Positions 51,909 to 56,778 of a DNA stretch of 56,778 bases are shown piece by piece; the first letter of the stretch is position 1, and every line of letters starts with the position of its first letter. A program made the position numbers and the translations under genes. The DNA comes from a virus. The notes beneath the pieces are model-generated. The model saw nothing but the letters and a program-made list of their open reading frames with translations. It was not told where the DNA came from and made no database searches. The DNA lies in the IMG/VR virus record IMGVR_UViG_3300006188_000003, one strand, 5' to 3'.

Positions 51909-52709
51909 ATGTCCATTATTCGAATGAGGCCGCCACTCACGTACTACGGCGGCAAACAGCGCCTGGCTGGAGAGATCGTCTCCCGGATCCCAGCCGACCA
52001 CATTTGTTATGGTTCAGTTTTTGCCGGCGGCGCCGCCGAATTTTTCGCGAAAGGGCCGTCCGAGATAGAGATCTTAAACGACACCAACAAAGAGATCATG
52101 AATTTTTACCAGATCGTCAAAGCAAAGTTCCTCGACCTGGAGAAGATGATCAATATCAGCCTGCACTCCCGCTCCATGCACCAGGATGCCGCTGTCATCT
52201 ACAACAATCCTCATCTATTTTCTGATATCAAGCGGGCCTGGGCCGTCTGGATACTGGCCACCCAGAGCTTCTCCAGTATGCTGGATGGAACCTGGGGATA
52301 TGATAAAAAGAGGAACCAGACAACGAAGAAGGTAGATAGCAAGAAGGTATCATTCACGGAAGAGTATGCCATCCGTCTGCAGAATGTCCAGCTGGAATGT
52401 GCGGATGCACTCTATATTATCCAGTCACGGGACACCAAGGATAGTTTTTTTTATTGCGATCCTCCCTACTTTAACTCCGATTGTGGCCATTACGGCGGGT
52501 ACACCAAGGAAGACTTTGTCCGGCTTCTGCAAACACTGTCCAGGATCAAAGGAAGGTTTCTTCTTTCGAGCTACCCTTCTCAGGAGCTGCAGGAGTACAC
52601 TCGTGCGAATGGGTGGATGACGGTATCCTTTGAGCAGCCTATTTCGGTAAATAAAGGATCGACGGGGAGAAAGAAAATTGAGGTAATGACCGCAAATTAT
52701 GCTATATAA
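51909..52709 (+). CDS. dam: Orphan N6-adenine DNA methyltransferase (Dam / D12 class)
   Basis: ATG 51909. PPLTYYGGKQRLAGEIV, FAGGAAEFF and the catalytic FFYCDPPYF motif. No adjacent restriction endonuclease gene. Confidence 0.8.
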   Translation: MSIIRMRPPLTYYGGKQRLAGEIVSRIPADHICYGSVFAGGAAEFFAKGPSEIEILNDTNKEIMNFYQIVKAKFLDLEKMINISLHSRSMHQDAAVIYNNPHLFSDIKRAWAVWILATQSFSSMLDGTWGYDKKRNQTTKKVDSKKVSFTEEYAIRLQNVQLECADALYIIQSRDTKDSFFYCDPPYFNSDCGHYGGYTKEDFVRLLQTLSRIKGRFLLSSYPSQELQEYTRANGWMTVSFEQPISVNKGSTGRKKIEVMTANYAI

Positions 52710-52720
52710 CATCCCTATGT

Positions 52721-52738
52721 CCCCGGGCTTTTCCGGGG
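52721..52738. terminator. Hairpin between convergent genes (bidirectional terminator candidate)
   Basis: CCCCGG-GCTTTT-CCGGGG between the dam stop (52709) and the minus-strand stop (52743). Confidence 0.5.
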
Positions 52739-52742
52739 GCAT

Positions 52743-52976
52743 TTATCCTTGAGGATAGTAATGGTCAACCCACCCTCCCAAAATTTGAATATCGTCTGCC
52801 TGCAGATCGCTGTTTGGGTTAAGGTGGCCTATCCATTTGCCATCTCTCTTAGTGATGGTTCCATGATAATAATGGTCAATTAGCACCTGCCAATGGCTTC
52901 CATTTGGATGGGGGTCGGTGAGAAACACCTTTAACTTCTCGCCAGCTAGGTTCCCGGTGAATTCAATCTTCCTCAT
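52743..52976 (-). CDS. Hypothetical small protein (77 aa), His/Tyr-rich
   Basis: ATG ORF. Overlaps the upstream partner by 14 nt, suggesting translational coupling. Confidence 0.6.
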   Translation of the reverse strand: MRKIEFTGNLAGEKLKVFLTDPHPNGSHWQVLIDHYYHGTITKRDGKWIGHLNPNSDLQADDIQILGGWVDHYYPQG

Positions 52977-53304
52977 ATGCGCCTTCTATATAATATCGCC
53001 AGGCGGCGTCCAGAATAGCCTCATATTTGGAGCGTTCTTCATCCGGGATATGCTCGGGACGGAATATCCATAGTGTATATTTCCAAATCGATGGGTAATC
53101 CTCGGCTCTTTCATCTTCTGGGATAACCTGCTCATACTTCTTTACTACGCCGACAGGCTCTTTCCAATCGGGACCGCCTTTACCTTCAAGAACAATTCTG
53201 ATAAGGCATAAGGGGTAATGTAAATGGACGATGAGCGTATTATAGCCATCGACATCAACGGTTGGATCACCGGGATCCAGAAACTTATTTTTAAACCATT
53301 CCAT
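52963..53304 (-). CDS. Hypothetical protein (113 aa)
   Basis: ATG 53304 (MEWFKNKF...) is preferred over GTG 53322. First gene of a 2-gene minus-strand operon. Confidence 0.6.
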   Translation of the reverse strand: MEWFKNKFLDPGDPTVDVDGYNTLIVHLHYPLCLIRIVLEGKGGPDWKEPVGVVKKYEQVIPEDERAEDYPSIWKYTLWIFRPEHIPDEERSKYEAILDAAWRYYIEGAYEED

Positions 53305-53411
53305 AATATTGATTTTTAACACAAAACTAATATAGTTAGCATTAGTAAACTAAATTATTTGGCAAATCTGACCGCAGTTCCTTATTTTTGATGTGAGAAA
53401 ACCGATTTTAT

Positions 53412-53801
53412 ATGGCTACCATTCGAGATACAGCAGGAACTGACCCTCGTTATAAGGACGTAGAATTCTTCTTAAAATCTGGTCGCATAAAGACTTTCCT
53501 TGACATCTTTCGGACAATTCCGCGAACAGTGGTAGCCACCGATTTAGGGATGAAAACTGATAGATTCGCAGATGCGCTTAATGATGAGAGTGTATTCTCG
53601 CTCTGGCATTACAGGCTGATGGCTAAGTGGATGCAAATTGAAATCGAAGAATTCATGGCCCTTGTCTTTGACCATTATTTAATGATAGAGCTTGGGGGAA
53701 AGGTTGATGTAAAAAAATTGACCCTATATGACGCAAAGCATCGAGGTTCGATAGATTATTTTCAACATGAGCCTGGCAAGAAAGATCAGGTTAAGAGATA
53801 G
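53412..53801 (+). CDS. Hypothetical protein
   Basis: 129-aa ATG ORF, AT-rich. Confidence 0.6.
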   Translation: MATIRDTAGTDPRYKDVEFFLKSGRIKTFLDIFRTIPRTVVATDLGMKTDRFADALNDESVFSLWHYRLMAKWMQIEIEEFMALVFDHYLMIELGGKVDVKKLTLYDAKHRGSIDYFQHEPGKKDQVKR

Positions 53802-53814
53802 GTAGCGCTTGGAA

Positions 53815-54105
53815 TTACTTTAAGGACGGATCCAATTCCTCACAATAGAAACACCCATCCCGGTAAGAAATAAGCAGTCTACTACTTGTCAATAATCGAG
53901 CAAGCCGCTCAGGGGGTAAATCGAGTCCAATGTCACCATATCCAATAATTTTCTCGCAGGGTCCATTGAAAGGGGACTCGTATTGAACCTTTGCGCCATA
54001 GTGATGAGCGATTTCTTCCATTACCTGGCGGGCAGTCCTATCATGGCAATGGACGAAGGGGCCCCATTTATGCCCAAACATCAGAAGGAAGAGAAGGTAT
54101 TTCAT
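53815..54105 (-). CDS. Hypothetical protein (96 aa)
   Basis: ATG 54105 (MKYLLFLLMFGHKWGPFVHCHD...). Divergent from the XRE gene at 54274. Confidence 0.5.
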   Translation of the reverse strand: MKYLLFLLMFGHKWGPFVHCHDRTARQVMEEIAHHYGAKVQYESPFNGPCEKIIGYGDIGLDLPPERLARLLTSSRLLISYRDGCFYCEELDPSLK

Positions 54106-54273
54106 TTGAGTGTCTTGAAAATGAACCCTCTTAGAAAAGAAGGGGCCCAAACGTTCGTCATCCCTGTTAGGAAGATGACGAGTTTATTGCTTCATGCTAA
54201 TATACAAAGTTTTTTTAATTACTGTCCTCTATAGTAGTACAAAAATTATGAGCCATTATTTGACCTTTCGCGG

Positions 54274-54537
54274 ATGGATACAGGCAGGGACAAAAAACTC
54301 TTACTTCACTTCGGCAAGGTCTTAAAACGGCTGCGCAAGGAGCGGGAGTGGAGTTTAAGGAACCTGGCGGCAGAAGCAGGACTGGAACCGAGCTACATAG
54401 ATAAGCTGGAAAAGGCCCAATCGAACCCGTCTTTCCTGGCAATAATCCTCCTCGCTGAAGCCTTCGATATCAGCCCCATTGAATTTTTCCCGCCGGACCT
54501 TCACCCTCCAAAAGAAAACCCCACCAAAAAAAGGTGA
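54274..54537 (+). CDS. XRE-family HTH protein
   Basis: FGKVLKRLRKEREWSLRNLAAEAGLEPSYIDKLEKAQSNPS. Confidence 0.75.
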   Translation: MDTGRDKKLLLHFGKVLKRLRKEREWSLRNLAAEAGLEPSYIDKLEKAQSNPSFLAIILLAEAFDISPIEFFPPDLHPPKENPTKKR

Positions 54538-54587
54538 GGTTTCCGCCGTTAGCTATAACGGATGATTGAGAGAACAAGCCTCGTTCA

Positions 54588-54827
54588 TTATTTTTTCCCT
54601 CTGAATGGCGCCAGCATTTCGGCAGGATCAACTTCAAGAGCATTGGCAAGGGTTATTATCATGGTAAGCATCGGATTCGCAATACCTTTCTCTATTCGGT
54701 GAATGGTGCTATGATCAATGTCGGCTATATGTGCGAGGTCACGAAGGCTCAAACCTTTCGCCATTCGAATTTTTTCCAAGTTTTCGCCAAATTGTTGAAT
54801 AATTTGCTGGGAATCTGCACCTTCCAT
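54588..54827 (-). CDS. XRE-family HTH protein
   Basis: FGENLEKIRMAKGLSLRDLAHIADIDHSTIHRIEKGIANP. Convergent with 54274..54537. Confidence 0.75.
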   Translation of the reverse strand: MEGADSQQIIQQFGENLEKIRMAKGLSLRDLAHIADIDHSTIHRIEKGIANPMLTMIITLANALEVDPAEMLAPFRGKK

Positions 54828-54860
54828 TACGGCAAGATGAACGAAACCATAGAAAATTTT

Positions 54861-54878
54861 GTATGCGTATACGCCTAC
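54861..54878. promoter_or_regulatory. 18-bp near-perfect palindrome, candidate operator upstream of the XRE gene at 54588..54827
   Basis: GTAtGCGTATACGCcTAC with a perfect 10-bp core GCGTATACGC (54865-54874), 34 bp upstream of the minus-strand ATG at 54827. Confidence 0.45.
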
Positions 54879-55003
54879 ATGGTATAAATAAATTACTTAT
54901 CTTCACATCCAAGGATAAGGTTTAAAGGCTAAGGGAACTCTGATTATAGCACTCCTACAGGCGCAGGAGCCAAGGTAAGTGCCAAGAATGCAAAACGTGG
55001 AAT

Positions 55004-55030
55004 AAGCCGCTCTCACAGGGGCGGCTTTTT
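55004..55030 (+). terminator. Intrinsic terminator with no plus-strand CDS upstream of it
   Basis: AAGCCGC 55004-55010 pairs with GCGGCTT 55021-55027, followed by a T-run to 55030. Confidence 0.65.
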
Positions 55031-55041
55031 AATCTATCAAA

Positions 55042-55260
55042 ATGGTGGTGGATCCCCTGCAATACTTAATTCTTCGTGAAATGTCGGGTACCATTTCAAA
55101 GGCAGAATTGGATGAACTGGAAGCCTTGAAAATGTTATACCCGGGGCTCTCTTCTCAAATTTATAACACGGTAGATCCAATCTATCTTCTCGATAGGCCA
55201 GGTGATTCGCAGGCTGTAGAGAAACTGAAGGCGATAATAAAAAAGATACGACAGTTTTGA
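55042..55260 (+). CDS. Hypothetical small helical protein (72 aa)
   Basis: Plausible composition, whereas the overlapping minus-strand ORF looks like junk. LILREMSGTISKAELDELEALK loosely resembles FecR-type N-termini. Confidence 0.4.
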   Translation: MVVDPLQYLILREMSGTISKAELDELEALKMLYPGLSSQIYNTVDPIYLLDRPGDSQAVEKLKAIIKKIRQF

Positions 55261-55364
55261 CGCTATATTTGTGATATACTCCTCTTTCCCAAAACCTAAT
55301 TTTTGGTAAGGTTCTCGTAGCCACCTTTCCAGGTGAGTGGCCCTGGCCGCAACAGGACAGGGCC

Positions 55365-56657
55365 CTATTTTTCGGCAGCTGGAAGGAAGGAAGGCGAATT
55401 CTCGATAATCCTCTTTTTATACACTTCCTTCACAACTTTGGCATATTTCTCTGTCATGTACTTACTGCCATGACCATACAGTTCTCGCAGCTCATCCAGC
55501 TCCATGCCGGCAAGGATCTTGTCGTCCCCACCAGTACGCTTCATTGCATACTGGTGTTTGTCGATGCCGAGCTTCTCCTTTATCAAACTCTTCCATAGCT
55601 TCGTTACCGTATCACGTTTTATACGGGTCGGGGAGGGGCTAAAGTATTCGGGCCTTGCGGCTCCAATCACGCCACCAGTAGAAGACCCACCTCCTCTATT
55701 ACCCTTGCCGGAAACAAAGGGGCTCCCGAAAACATAATAGTCCTGGGAATATTCCTCCAGGTTCATTTCACGCAGGAAAGGGAGTAAGTGGTTGTTTATT
55801 GGAATGTATCGTATCTTTTTGACCTTCGAGTTTTCTTCTTCCAGGATGGGAATGATTTTGATCTCTGGTTTAGTGAGGTCGATATCGCGGATCTTTAAGG
55901 AAAGGATCTCTTTGGGGCGAATGCCGGTGTGATAGAGTACCATCAGGTATACGAAAAATTTGTAGTGATTAATAACGAGAAATTCGTACAGGTCCTTCTT
56001 TTCCTTTTCGGTCAGTGGGACATACTTTTCCGTCTCAGCCACCGGCAAGGGCTTTATCTTATGCGCTGGGTTATACTCCAGAACTTCCCATTCGATGAGA
56101 TACTCGCATAGGGCATGTAGGTATGTGAGATTTTTATTATGAGCAGCATTTGTCCAGACCTGCCTGCCCTTCGGAATATTTTTCGAGGTAAGACAGCAAT
56201 CCAGCAGGAGCTTGACATGCTGCCGCCGAAAGTCTTTAGCTGTAACATCATGAAGAGACAAGGACCGGGCGGCTCTCTTCAAATCATTCACCGTCGTTCT
56301 GTAAGCTCTGATGGTGGCCGAGGATGCCTTATAGCTCTTAAGGGCAAATTCCAGCGCGCCAATGAAAGACAGCTTCTCCAGAGCGGTGACGGCAGATGAA
56401 GGTGAAGGGTCATCCGTGAGCCCCCAGGGATTCCAGCCGGTTTCAAGTTTCTTGAGCCAGGTTTTGGCAAGGGCCAAGCCTGCCTTTCGCCTCTCGTCTG
56501 TGTCATGATAGTAGTTAATGCCGGAACGAAATTGTTTGGAGATGGTCTGATTTGTGACCGGGTTAGTGATGTCAAAATAGACAAACCAGGGCTTTGTGAC
56601 GTCGCCTTTATAGTCACAAAGCCTGGGTTCCGTGTACGTTACTGCTGGCATATTCAT
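55365..56657 (-). CDS. int: Tyrosine recombinase / phage integrase (Bacteroidota type with an N-terminal arm-binding region)
   Basis: HTGIRPKEILSLKIRDIDL (catalytic Arg), HQYAMKRTGG (HxxR) and GHGSKYMTEKY (Tyr). Adjacent to the att core. Confidence 0.9.
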   Translation of the reverse strand: MNMPAVTYTEPRLCDYKGDVTKPWFVYFDITNPVTNQTISKQFRSGINYYHDTDERRKAGLALAKTWLKKLETGWNPWGLTDDPSPSSAVTALEKLSFIGALEFALKSYKASSATIRAYRTTVNDLKRAARSLSLHDVTAKDFRRQHVKLLLDCCLTSKNIPKGRQVWTNAAHNKNLTYLHALCEYLIEWEVLEYNPAHKIKPLPVAETEKYVPLTEKEKKDLYEFLVINHYKFFVYLMVLYHTGIRPKEILSLKIRDIDLTKPEIKIIPILEEENSKVKKIRYIPINNHLLPFLREMNLEEYSQDYYVFGSPFVSGKGNRGGGSSTGGVIGAARPEYFSPSPTRIKRDTVTKLWKSLIKEKLGIDKHQYAMKRTGGDDKILAGMELDELRELYGHGSKYMTEKYAKVVKEVYKKRIIENSPSFLPAAEK

Positions 56658-56677
56658 CGATGTTTAGCAAAAACTCT

Positions 56678-56698
56678 ATTTGAGTTTTTATTTGAGTT
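56678..56698 (+). repeat. Two direct copies of ATTTGAGTT, putative integrase arm-type sites overlapping the int upstream region
   Basis: ATTTGAGTT at 56678 and 56690, 21-41 bp upstream of the int ATG (56657, minus strand) and about 53 bp from the att core. Confidence 0.5.
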
Positions 56699-56751
56699 TT
56701 ACATCGACGTCTCCGCAATGCCTTGTCAGTACTGTATTTCAATAAAACTGA

Positions 56752-56778
56752 GCGGAGAGAGAGGGATTCGAACCCCCG
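56752..56778 (-). tRNA. 3' end of host tRNA gene (Ser-like acceptor); integrase-proximal att core; gene body continues beyond the window
   Basis: The minus strand reads GGGGG-TTCGAAT-CCCTC then TCTCTCC-G. This is a canonical T-loop with an acceptor strand complementary to GGAGAGA and discriminator G, as in bacterial tRNA-Ser. The anticodon lies outside the window, so the isotype is inference. Confidence 0.65.

Larger units (their letters stand above)
1..56778. mobile_element. Complete integrated temperate tailed prophage (siphovirus-like, long tape measure) bounded by tRNA-derived att repeats
   Basis: Identical 27-nt repeat at both window ends. Integrase at the right end and a repressor/Cro-like switch at the left. 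Recombination, replication, packaging, head, tail and lysis modules follow in canonical order. Confidence 0.9.

Noticed and set aside
55037-55324. 95-aa minus-strand ORF downstream of int (possible excisionase position)
   Set aside because: Its composition looks like junk (PSVSLQPANHLAY...). It fully overlaps the more protein-like plus-strand ORF 55042..55260 and has no HTH or MerR-like excisionase motif. No xis could be identified anywhere with confidence.
1-56778. CRISPR arrays, rRNA genes, IS elements and transposases
   Set aside because: I saw no regularly spaced 25-40 bp repeats, no rRNA-like sequence and no DDE or other transposase ORF. The only recombinase is the tyrosine integrase.

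Overview
The window is one complete integrated temperate tailed prophage of about 56.8 kb. It is delimited exactly by a 27-nt direct repeat (1..27 = 56752..56778), which is the 3' end of a minus-strand tRNA with a Ser-like acceptor. I infer a Bacteroidota host from four things: a textbook TTTG-N21-TAnnTTTG promoter, no Shine-Dalgarno sequences, signal peptides with Gln at +1, and the integrase type.

Layout from left to right:
- att, then lysogeny-side cargo and an XRE repressor (minus strand).
- A Cro-like early operon. It contains a complete type I hammerhead ribozyme (2414..2492) and an ORF-poor, GC-rich structured-RNA locus with a tRNA-like gene (2995..3873).
- A RecT plus PD-(D/E)XK recombination module.
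- ParB-like protein, HNH endonuclease, SNF2 helicase, DUF4373-type replication protein, RuvC-like resolvase and a Pif1/RecD-like helicase.
- An AT-rich, reverse-oriented membrane-protein moron with an XRE gene.
- ParB-like protein, TerS, TerL, portal and a Mu-F-like head protein.
- A moron island of about 1.4 kb with its own terminators.
- Scaffold, capsid, connectors, tail tube, chaperone, a 1381-aa tape measure, Dit/Tal-like proteins and a collar-domain fibre.
- Four consecutive Sec-signal proteins, including an SGNH enzyme and an alpha/beta-hydrolase-RCC1-PKD enzyme.
- A membrane-protein-rich lysis cassette with a GH108 endolysin.
- An orphan Dam methylase.
- A small-gene cargo cluster with two XRE regulators, then the integrase and att.

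I saw no rRNA, CRISPR array, transposase or reverse transcriptase. All functional calls come from motif recognition by eye, not from database searches. Start codons of small genes and all RNA folds are hand-derived.
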